The notes under the pieces are model-generated. The model was not told the DNA's origin. It did not search any database and worked only from the letters and a program-made list of their open reading frames with translations. This document shows, in pieces, positions 20,469-28,512 of a stretch of 64,000 nucleotides of DNA (positions are counted from its first letter, which is position 1; each line of letters begins with the position of its first letter). This DNA is from Candidatus Scalinduaceae bacterium. Lineage in GTDB: Bacteria; Planctomycetota; Brocadiia; Brocadiales; Scalinduaceae. The translations under genes and the position numbers were made by a program. Location: assembly GCA_046759445.1 (NCBI GenBank), contig JBHICG010000002.1, positions 32,001 to 96,000 of the forward strand, written 5' to 3'.

Positions 20469-20992
20469 GAATTGATATAGATAACGTTATTTCACAAACT
20501 GATACCACAATAAGGAAACTCATACAGCGTCGATATGGTATATCTCTTATGCAAGCTCATATCATACATTTTGATTATCACAAATGTGGAGTAAATAAGG
20601 AACAAGAGAAAGAGATATTTTCTTTATTTAATACCTCTGAATGCGAAAAATTAAAAGTCATCCCAGGTGCTGCAAGAGCCTTATCTATTCTTAGCAACAC
20701 TTATACGGTCATATTAGTAACGAGTAGGAATCCTTCTATAAAACAAAAGACCGAAGAATGGCTGCATACAAAAGGAATCCATTATGACGAACTTATCTTT
20801 AATGATAGAAAGCATGATATAGATGTCAATTTCGACTACTTTATAGAGGATTGTTGGGAATATTCGATAAAGCTGGCTGAAAAAGGCATAAAAGTTATCT
20901 TATACGACTATCCTTGGAACAGAAACAAAGGAACCTCCCCTAATATTTTAAGATTTAAAAATTGGAATGAAATCCTAATTTTTTTAACATAG
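20435..20992 (+). CDS. HAD-family 5'(3')-deoxyribonucleotidase (NT5C/YorS-like)
   Basis: GIDIDNV (DxD), VTSR, KTEEWL, FIEDC, YPWNR. Confidence 0.82.
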   Translation: MQAQYSQKPVLGIDIDNVISQTDTTIRKLIQRRYGISLMQAHIIHFDYHKCGVNKEQEKEIFSLFNTSECEKLKVIPGAARALSILSNTYTVILVTSRNPSIKQKTEEWLHTKGIHYDELIFNDRKHDIDVNFDYFIEDCWEYSIKLAEKGIKVILYDYPWNRNKGTSPNILRFKNWNEILIFLT

Positions 20993-21333
20993 GTACTATT
21001 TCTACGTTGTCCTAACTGTCTTCAAGCCCTGGGGAAAAATGGACAAATCCTATTTTTTTTAACAAATGATTCAAATGCTAAATATTTAAGCATTGCAAAG
21101 ATCGCAGTTACAGTGTTGGTATACCATATTACCCAAAAGAGGATAATAACGATATAAGAAAACATTTATTGTGTCTCTTCCTATAAATTTGATTTAAATC
21201 TATTACAACCCTCATTTCGTTGTATACTTATTTCTTTACAATCCCAATACTACTTACGCCTTGCTTTTTCAGTTTTTTCTTTGTACATTCAAGCACTTTA
21301 ATTAAGGTTATAGAATTTACGTAACGTTAAATA

Positions 21334-22230
21334 ATGTATAAAGTAAAAGACCTACCTAAACTTATTTCCAGAAAAAAAAATTCACACAAAGGAAATTATG
21401 GTCGCGTATTGGTTCTCGCTGGTTCTCCTGGCATGACGGGTGCTGCGTACCTTTGCTCGAAAGCCGCATTGAGGAGCGGTTCAGGTTTGGTTACGTTGGG
21501 TATACCTGAAAGCCTGAATCTCGTAATGGAAACCAAACTGACATGCGTGATGACATATCCACTACCAGAAACGAAGGTGCTCACATTATCTAATAAGGGT
21601 CGAGAAGAAATCCTGGAGCTATGTAATAAACACGATGTTGTAGCATTAGGTCCCGGTCTTTCACAACAAGCAGAGACAAAAAAGCTAGTCCACTGGTTAA
21701 TAAAAACAATAGACCGCACCATTGTGATTGATGCTGATGGGATTAATGCGCTTGTCGGTAATATTAATATATTGTACAAGATAAAAAGAAACGTCATAAT
21801 CACACCACATCCCGGAGAGATGTCACGTTTATTAGACCTTGGTTCGGCAAAGGATGTACAAAAAAAAAGACTTAGCATTGCAACAGAGTTTGTTCAATCA
21901 ATGCATAAAAGATTAGGAAAAGAAAAGGGCATAACCTTAGTCTTAAAAGGGGATAAGACAATAGTTGCAGATTACGAAAAGATATACATAAATCAAACAG
22001 GTAATCCCGGAATGGCAACTGCTGGCACTGGGGACGTCCTTACGGGAATTATCGTATCCCTGATCGGTCAGGGGTTAAGTGAATTTAATGCCTCCCAGCT
22101 TGGCGTGTACGTCCATGGTCTTGCAGGTGATATAGCATCGAAGGAAAAAGGAGAGACATCAATGATTGCTTCTGATATTCTAGACTCTTTACCTGCTGCA
22201 TTTTTAAGATACGAAAAGAGGTGTAGGTAA
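21334..22230 (+). CDS. nnrD: ADP-dependent NAD(P)H-hydrate dehydratase
   Basis: SHKGNYG, GPGL, IDADG, TPHPGEM, ATAGTGDVLTG. Confidence 0.92.
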   Translation: MYKVKDLPKLISRKKNSHKGNYGRVLVLAGSPGMTGAAYLCSKAALRSGSGLVTLGIPESLNLVMETKLTCVMTYPLPETKVLTLSNKGREEILELCNKHDVVALGPGLSQQAETKKLVHWLIKTIDRTIVIDADGINALVGNINILYKIKRNVIITPHPGEMSRLLDLGSAKDVQKKRLSIATEFVQSMHKRLGKEKGITLVLKGDKTIVADYEKIYINQTGNPGMATAGTGDVLTGIIVSLIGQGLSEFNASQLGVYVHGLAGDIASKEKGETSMIASDILDSLPAAFLRYEKRCR

Positions 22231-22616
22231 TGGCTCTATCAATCGAACAACTTGAATCATGGGAAAAAGAGGCGCGTATTCACCTTGACAAGCTTCATGA
22301 AGTAGATGAGATGATCAAGAGAAAATTAGTAGACAAGAACCTTGCCAGGCGGATGGGAACCGTTGCAGAGGATAATATACAGATACTAATTTCAAAACTA
22401 AGGAACTCCCTGGAGGATTCAGATATATCAGAAATATGTGCCGTACTAGACAAGATCAAGAATAAAGAATCCGATAATGAGGTGAAGGATGGATTGGAGA
22501 AGATAGCGCAAGAAAAAGGTTGCCACAAAGAGTTGATTGAGATGATTAAGGATTATGATGGTCACATACTTTTACTTGCAATGCAGGTTATAAAGAAATT
22601 ACTAAAACCTGAATAA
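22230..22616 (+). CDS. Hypothetical helical protein
   Basis: 128-aa ORF coupled to nnrD (TAATG overlap). Confidence 0.7.
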   Translation: MALSIEQLESWEKEARIHLDKLHEVDEMIKRKLVDKNLARRMGTVAEDNIQILISKLRNSLEDSDISEICAVLDKIKNKESDNEVKDGLEKIAQEKGCHKELIEMIKDYDGHILLLAMQVIKKLLKPE

Positions 22617-22829
22617 AATATTTAACCACAGAGAACACCGAGAGCACAGAGATACTTTATTGAAAGGATTAACAGGATTCAGACTGGACATTTGCGGACA
22701 GAGACCGCATCACCTCCCAATAGACGACCTTTGTTTAATACTAAAACTCCCTTGCCAAAACCTATGGCTGATTGAAACTCTACCGTCCACAAACCATCAT
22801 ACATTTTTATTTCCTCCATTTTACAGATT

Positions 22830-23663
22830 TCAATTTTCCAGTTTATTAACAAATCTCTTAATCACTTCAAAATATTCCTCACCACCCACTATATAAGTAT
22901 CGTTATGCGTGGCGCCAGGAATTGTATAGAATTCCTTTGGTTCATTGGCTGCCTCGTATAAAGTCTTTCCCTGTTCGATTGGTACAAGTTCATCTCTGTC
23001 TCCATGAAGGATAAGGACAGGTACTTTTACGTCCCTTATCTTCGTAATACAATCATATTTTGCCTGTAGGATATAGCCTACTGGTATGTAAGGAAAAAGG
23101 GTCCTTGCAAGTTCTTTCATAGACGTAAAAGGAGTTTCAAGAATCAGACCACAGCATTTTTCCTTTATGGCAAGATCAACGGCTACTGCGCTACCGAGGG
23201 AGCGGCCAAAAAACACAATCTTTTCATGATCTACGTCCCTTCTCGAAAGTAGATACTCAAGGGCTGCATTAGCATCAGTATATGTTCCCTGTTCAGATAC
23301 CTTGCCCTCACTCTTACCATACTGCCGATAATCAAAGATAAAGATATTTAAGGGCACTCTGTCGTATAGCATCTTTATGTTTTCGAGTCTATGGCTTATG
23401 TTTCCTGCATTGCCGTGAAACCACAGGAGTGTATGCAGATTGTTAGCAGTTAGAATTTCTGTTTTACCCGGGATAAACCATCCGTTAAGCTTCAGTCCAT
23501 CTTCGGTATTGAACGTGACATCATCATATTCAATACCCCAATCATCAGGTGTTGAATATACGTCTTTGTCCGGGTAGAAAATGAATTGATTTTCTATGAA
23601 GTCAGCACAACCCATTATAAATAATGTAGTGAAAACTAAGGATATTACATATTTCTTTACCAT
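22830..23663 (-). CDS. Alpha/beta hydrolase (BEM46/ABHD-like), probable lipoprotein
   Basis: FHGNAGN, GRSLG nucleophile, HGDRD, HND; IMGC lipobox. Confidence 0.88.
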   Translation of the reverse strand: MVKKYVISLVFTTLFIMGCADFIENQFIFYPDKDVYSTPDDWGIEYDDVTFNTEDGLKLNGWFIPGKTEILTANNLHTLLWFHGNAGNISHRLENIKMLYDRVPLNIFIFDYRQYGKSEGKVSEQGTYTDANAALEYLLSRRDVDHEKIVFFGRSLGSAVAVDLAIKEKCCGLILETPFTSMKELARTLFPYIPVGYILQAKYDCITKIRDVKVPVLILHGDRDELVPIEQGKTLYEAANEPKEFYTIPGATHNDTYIVGGEEYFEVIKRFVNKLEN

Positions 23664-23758
23664 TGTAATTAATACAGTTCATGAACTATGTTGTTGATTC
23701 CACATTACTATTCTTTTTCTGTGGATTTTTTAGTGGTGTTTTCATTGATAAGGACAAT

Positions 23759-24022
23759 TTATGTTTCCCTTTGAGTTCCTTGTTTAATATGATATGTAAT
23801 TTTGTTTTTATACATAAAAGGGTCTGTAGAAAAGCATAGATGAACATACTTTATCTTATTTCTATATTTTGGTATTTCTTTGTCCAGAAGCTCTAAAGCA
23901 TTGGAAACAATCTTAGGTTGACACCATTCTTTATTACTCATTATTTTTGTATATGCACTTGCATATTCCTTAATGATCTCTAATTTAATCTCGGACCAGA
24001 TTCCTATTTGGTCAAGTTTCAT
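23759..24022 (-). pseudogene. Chimeric remnant: TcmP-like N-terminus joined to a radical-SAM-like internal fragment
   Basis: DQIGIWSEIKLEIIKEYASAY resembles three-Cys-motif partner protein N-termini. PKIVSNALELLDKEI...VHLCFSTDPF resembles SPL-like radical SAM proteins. Far too short for either. Confidence 0.5.
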
Positions 24023-24076
24023 TACTATTTTGTTTATAGATTACTTATTTTTATCTTTTAAGCAAGGCTTGATCCT

Positions 24077-24092
24077 TTTTTAACGGTCGCTG
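24077..24092. repeat. 16-bp motif copy 1 (TTTTTAACGGTCGCTG)
   Basis: Direct repeat with 28311-28326 and 30257-30272. Confidence 0.85.
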
Positions 24093-24148
24093 GTATTATT
24101 ATTTTGCAACTCTAAAATGGAATAATTTTCCAATTTCATTTTGATCGT

Positions 24149-25750
24149 CTAAATCATCAAGCTATTGTAATACTTTTTTCTGTATTTCTGAAGAATAAAG
24201 CTATCCTTGCATGCTGAGCAGTTCTTTTGTGGAAGGGGTGAAAATTTTATCCAATGGTTGGGTCTAGAAAAGAGGTCATGATCTATGTAAGTGACATCTC
24301 CCTTTAGCGCTCTATCAGGAAAGATGCGTTCTTTAAGAATTTCTCCTCCAATGAGTATTCCGGGAAGAACCGCTGCAAAAGGTATTGGAACTATCAAAGA
24401 AGCCTGTCCCTCAAAACTCATTTGGCCGCAATGTAAAGATACCCAATCTGTAAAACGTTCTCCTAAAGATGGTAATGGAAATCCTAACCTACATTGGACT
24501 TCTTGCATTTGAGATATATGCCAGTCCTTAAAATATCCGTTATTATTACGCAATGTTTTTACTTCTTCGTATGGGAGTCCTATGAAATTTGCTAAATCTC
24601 TGTCTGGATCCTGCTTATTGTTATTTTGCAAGCAAACATGACAAGCAGTTAGACCCATTTCTACCCTTTTTACATAGAACCCTCTTTCTGCCACACCAGC
24701 ATCAAATATAATTCTAGGAAGGTCCCACTGAATTGCTTGTCGAGTTTCTAGGTTGTCAACGGTTGAAATAAGTAAATCGAAAGAATCGTACTTAGTGATC
24801 TTTGAGAACTCTAAATAAGTCTTTTTATAAGCATCAATTTCAAGGTTCGGAAATTGATCAAATAGTTTTCGTATTAGGTGGACTTTTGGCACTTTTTCCT
24901 TTGCATCTTTTCTGATGGCATATATATAACGATTAAGATTTGACAAGGTCACTTCATCTGGGTCTACCAAAACTACTTTACCTTGTAACTCAGGCAGACA
25001 TACAAGGCAATATAGACAAGCACCCCCTCCAGCGCCAACTCCAACTGTAAATACTTGCCCGAGATCAATAGTTTTAGGTAAAGTAGGGTTATCAGCATTT
25101 AACTTAATTTGTTCGTACGAAAAGAGAGAAAAGTGTATTTCGTCTTCAAGTAAATTCATTCTGGGTAGTTCGCTTGATTTAATACCTAAAGTTGTACCTT
25201 TATATTCTAAGACTCTTTTGAATATTTCGCTTACCGCCCAACAAGCAGTTGCCATAGCTCCTATTGGATTGAAGTTCGATGAAAATTCTCTGTCGTCACT
25301 TTTAGCCACTAGATGTACAAACCAACCGTCAGATGAGATTGAGACCATGTTAGGATGCCTTATACCTGTTTTTCCTATACCTATTAGTACTAATGGCTCA
25401 CAAGATAAAGAAGGCAAAATTCGAAGATTAACCCCGGTGGATATAATAGAAGAAAAATGGGTAACGGCTTCAGTTAGACTAGTATTATTTACTAAAGGGA
25501 TAGGGGTTATAAGTCTAGAATTTCGTTCAAAGATTACATAAATTTCTGTAATAATTGGATGAAGTCGTAATAAAAGGTTAAGAACTGTAAAGAAAGTAAG
25601 TTGACCATTTGGATTAACAGAAGCTTCTTTTCCTAATATTACTATTATAGGCGCAGGCACCTTAGCCCATCTATGAACTTCTTGTGGGGAAGATGGCATG
25701 AGCTGCCTAAGAAGTGTCATCGTCCTTAAGCACTCCTGTTCAGATTTCAT
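24149..25750 (-). CDS. E1-like ubiquitin-activating enzyme (ThiF family, BilD-like)
   Basis: N-terminal inactive-adenylation-like half (NPIGAMATACWAVSEIFK), GVGAGG, DPDEVTLSNLNRY, CHVC and CSAC Zn pairs, candidate catalytic Cys in LHCG. Confidence 0.88.
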   Translation of the reverse strand: MKSEQECLRTMTLLRQLMPSSPQEVHRWAKVPAPIIVILGKEASVNPNGQLTFFTVLNLLLRLHPIITEIYVIFERNSRLITPIPLVNNTSLTEAVTHFSSIISTGVNLRILPSLSCEPLVLIGIGKTGIRHPNMVSISSDGWFVHLVAKSDDREFSSNFNPIGAMATACWAVSEIFKRVLEYKGTTLGIKSSELPRMNLLEDEIHFSLFSYEQIKLNADNPTLPKTIDLGQVFTVGVGAGGGACLYCLVCLPELQGKVVLVDPDEVTLSNLNRYIYAIRKDAKEKVPKVHLIRKLFDQFPNLEIDAYKKTYLEFSKITKYDSFDLLISTVDNLETRQAIQWDLPRIIFDAGVAERGFYVKRVEMGLTACHVCLQNNNKQDPDRDLANFIGLPYEEVKTLRNNNGYFKDWHISQMQEVQCRLGFPLPSLGERFTDWVSLHCGQMSFEGQASLIVPIPFAAVLPGILIGGEILKERIFPDRALKGDVTYIDHDLFSRPNHWIKFSPLPQKNCSACKDSFILQKYRKKYYNSLMI

Positions 25751-26241
25751 ATTCGAATCTCCAAAGGTAAGATAATGAATCTTTTCTGGATTTCCTTAAC
25801 AGGCAATTTTCTCCACCATAGTTTTCCTTGGTACTCGTAAATATAACAATTCTTTGAAAGTTCCATTCCTGAAAGACAATAGTTCCATACAACTATTGAG
25901 ATGTAGCCAATATGAAAACTCACTGGATGCCTTTCATCACCTGTTGAATGTTCTACCTGGTTTGGGTGACTATGAACTTGCGCTAGTAAGGTTAAACTAT
26001 GCCTTGAAAGCTTAGTTACAAGTCTTATCAAATCGTTTTGCTCGAGAGAAACTCCCTCTCCCCACTCAGAACCCCCAACAAACATAGTGGTTATAATAGA
26101 AGATTCTTGTGCTCTTTTACCAGCCCAAAGTACAAGACCTTCTTTACCGATTTCCCCCTTTAGTTTTAAATACGCTTCTGTGCCAGATATTATCTTATGA
26201 GAGATATAGAATTTATTAGCTATGGCGGTAACTAACTTCAT
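25747..26241 (-). CDS. JAB/JAMM metallopeptidase (deubiquitinase, BilC-like)
   Basis: KEGLVLWAG and QVHSHP...HSTGD (E...HxH...S..D); ATGA overlaps on both sides. Confidence 0.87.
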   Translation of the reverse strand: MKLVTAIANKFYISHKIISGTEAYLKLKGEIGKEGLVLWAGKRAQESSIITTMFVGGSEWGEGVSLEQNDLIRLVTKLSRHSLTLLAQVHSHPNQVEHSTGDERHPVSFHIGYISIVVWNYCLSGMELSKNCYIYEYQGKLWWRKLPVKEIQKRFIILPLEIRI

Positions 26242-26666
26242 TGATAAGCTTTGTCCATTTCAACTTGAATATCTTCTAATACCTTAGATAATAAATATTT
26301 CTTTACATTCCAAGTATAGTTAGTATGTAGAATCTCATGAAACTCTCTAATGCCTGGAATACACAACTGTGGTGGATTACGCCCCAGCGCAGCCTGAAAG
26401 GCTGATCCTAGTTTTGGCCAGAATTGCTTCCCTTCTTGCCTAGTCTGTGGATCAACAAAAGTAAAAGCAGGAGCTCTTTGTGGGTATCCCTCGTAATATA
26501 AGCGTGCCATAAATTTTAAGGTTGGACTCTTTTTAGGATACATAAGTACATATACATATAACCCCTCTGGTGTTACCTTCCATCCGTGATAAATAAACAG
26601 GTTATTATGCGCTTGGAGACAATCTAATTGTTCTTGAATTTTGTGACTAATAACTTCACTTTCCAT
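26238..26666 (-). CDS. E2-like ubiquitin-conjugating protein (BilB-like)
   Basis: GYPQRAPAFTFVDP (UBC YP..P motif) and LCIPGIREFHEILH...W (catalytic Cys plus His). Confidence 0.8.
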   Translation of the reverse strand: MESEVISHKIQEQLDCLQAHNNLFIYHGWKVTPEGLYVYVLMYPKKSPTLKFMARLYYEGYPQRAPAFTFVDPQTRQEGKQFWPKLGSAFQAALGRNPPQLCIPGIREFHEILHTNYTWNVKKYLLSKVLEDIQVEMDKAYQ

Positions 26667-26920
26667 TAGATCACCACTGCACCAAGAGGGGTTAGAATAA
26701 GCGTAGCACCGTTTGGCACATTTGATTCGCCGATAGTATCATCCTCAGACAGGGGATTACCATTGAATATTAAACGATAGTTGTCCGCTTGTGACGGATC
26801 GATCCCCAACTTAGCCATAGTAGATACTTTCAAAGCTCGAATAGGTTGGTTCGTATTTACCTCAACTTCTAAAGGCTGTTCTGTTGCCGCAGATTCAATT
26901 GTTAGTATAAGTTTTTCCAT
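26666..26920 (-). CDS. Single-domain ubiquitin-like (beta-grasp) protein (BilA-like)
   Basis: 84 aa; YRLIFNGNPLSEDDTIGESNVPNGATLIL matches the ubiquitin RLIFxGxxL.D..TL..YNI...L.L pattern; AGGAGG RBS. Confidence 0.87.
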   Translation of the reverse strand: MEKLILTIESAATEQPLEVEVNTNQPIRALKVSTMAKLGIDPSQADNYRLIFNGNPLSEDDTIGESNVPNGATLILTPLGAVVI

Positions 26921-26999
26921 TGCATTTCCTCCTATTTAACTTAAATTAAAAATTTTTAATTTTTCATTAATCACGAGATAGAACTTGAAAATATAGTAG

Positions 27000-27096
27000 T
27001 TAATAAATATTTAACCATAGCTTAACGTACCTGTCAAGGGAAAAATTTACTAATAGTTAATTATTTATTGACCTATCTTTCACAACTCGTTATACT
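27000..27096. promoter_or_regulatory. Back-to-back divergent promoters with phased TTAA boxes
   Basis: + strand TTGACC(27068)-N17-TATACT(27091). - strand TTGACA (27037-27032) with a weak -10. TTAA at 27000, 27011 and 27022; TTTA/TTAA at 27046 and 27057. Confidence 0.6.
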
Positions 27097-27124
27097 TTAT
27101 GCAATTAAGGAGACCTAATAAATA

Positions 27125-27472
27125 ATGGAAGACCAACTTGCCAAACGAATTGGACATCGCATAAAGAGCAAAAGAATTGAACGCAATATAAATCAAAACA
27201 AATTGGCTGAGAAGGTAGGTATAAGTCCCGCAGCAATAAACCAGTTTGAGAAAGGAGAAAAGAAACCATCGTCCGATGTACTCACTAGGATCGCAAAAGA
27301 ATTAAGTGTCTCCACTGACAGTCTTCTTACTGAAAAGGGGGATGAAATTTTCGTAGATGAAGAGGTTAAAATAGCTTTTAGAGCATTCAAAAAGTTGGAA
27401 AAAGGGGATAGAGACATAATCGTAAAGAATATACAATTTCTTAAAGAACAAGCGAAAAGAAAAGGAAAATGA
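27125..27472 (+). CDS. XRE-family HTH transcriptional regulator (CapH-like)
   Basis: NQNKLAEKVGISPAAINQFEKGEKKPS HTH_3 pattern; AAGGAG RBS. Confidence 0.9.
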   Translation: MEDQLAKRIGHRIKSKRIERNINQNKLAEKVGISPAAINQFEKGEKKPSSDVLTRIAKELSVSTDSLLTEKGDEIFVDEEVKIAFRAFKKLEKGDRDIIVKNIQFLKEQAKRKGK

Positions 27473-28248
27473 ACATAGCAAAACTTTACGCAAAAGATCT
27501 TCTCATAGAATTTGAGAACTTATCTTTACCTATAAATCCAAAGAAAATTGCTGAGGCTAAAGGGATTATAATTAAAGAAGATGATCTAGAAGGCTTTAGT
27601 GGTATGTTGCTTAAGGTAGGCAAAAGAACTCTTATTAGCGTTAAAAGAAGCATAAGAGAAAGAGGGAAAAAGAGATTCACACTAGCCCATGAACTAGGGC
27701 ATTATCTTTTGACTAAACACTTAACACCTTCAGATATCTCATTTGAATGTACTGATGAAGACATACATCATTTCGGAGAAAAAGATAATAAAGAGTCAGA
27801 CGTGAATGCATTTGCAGCAGAGTTACTTATGCCAGAAGAATTTTTCAGAGAAAGAATTAGGTTAAGCGATCTTACTTATGAACTGATAGATAGTCTTACA
27901 AAAGATTTTGATACCACACTTACGGCTACTGGTAGAAGATTTGTGGAACTTAGTTCTTCATATGCATTAGTTTGTTCTCAAAATTCTAAAATAAAGTGGT
28001 TCCTTAAGGGAGAAGATTTTCCTTATTATTTGTACTCTTCAGGTACCGTAAGCGAATCTTCGGTTGCCATAGATTTTTACTAGAGAAAAAAATTACCTAC
28101 TTGTTTTGAATTGGTACCTGCAAACGCTTGGATTGATGACAACAGAATAGAGGACATGGAAATCTTGGAAATGGCTATACCACTTCCATACTATAATCAG
28201 GTTTTAAGTTTTTTAAGCATTGATAATTCCAATGAAGATAATGACTAG
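27469..28248 (+). pseudogene. ImmA/IrrE-family Zn metallopeptidase (CapP-like), interrupted by an in-frame TAG at 28081-28083
   Basis: RFTLAHELGHY (HExxH), NAFAAELLMP. The frame continues 54 codons past the TAG (RKKLPTCFELVPANAWIDD...EMAIPLPYYNQVLSFL) to TAG 28246-28248. Confidence 0.8.
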
Positions 28249-28310
28249 TAGACCCAAGTCAGACTTCTACTGATAAATTGCCTAAAATCGGCCAATTAAG
28301 CATAATACAT

Positions 28311-28326
28311 TTTTTAACGGTCGTTG
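28311..28326. repeat. 16-bp motif copy 2 (TTTTTAACGGTCGTTG)
   Basis: One mismatch to copies 1 and 3. Confidence 0.85.
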
Positions 28327-28444
28327 TCCCTAGTTTGTATAAACTTATAGAAAGGCTAATAAACCTCTGTTTCACTTGTCTATCGTATGATGGACATGTA
28401 TAATTTGATGAGTTATGGGGTAAGAATGCTACAAAGCAAAAAAC

Positions 28445-28473
28445 TTGACTCGTTATTCCAATGGTGATAAAAT
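28445..28473 (+). promoter_or_regulatory. sigma-70 promoter of the papain-like gene
   Basis: TTGACT-N17-TAAAAT with extended TGn. Confidence 0.65.
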
Positions 28474-28512
28474 CTTTAATACTTTCCTTAAAGTTCACCC
28501 ACTAGACCTATC

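Noticed and set aside
21022..21165. 47-codon hydrophobic minus-strand ORF (MFSYIVIILFWVIW...)
   Set aside because: No RBS or motif; expected by chance in AT-rich DNA
28081..28083. Pyrrolysine recoding of the TAG
   Set aside because: No pyl genes in the window, and TAG is a normal stop in many genes here
28259..28498. 79-aa minus-strand ORF
   Set aside because: It overlaps the papain-gene promoter and motif copy 2, with no recognisable features
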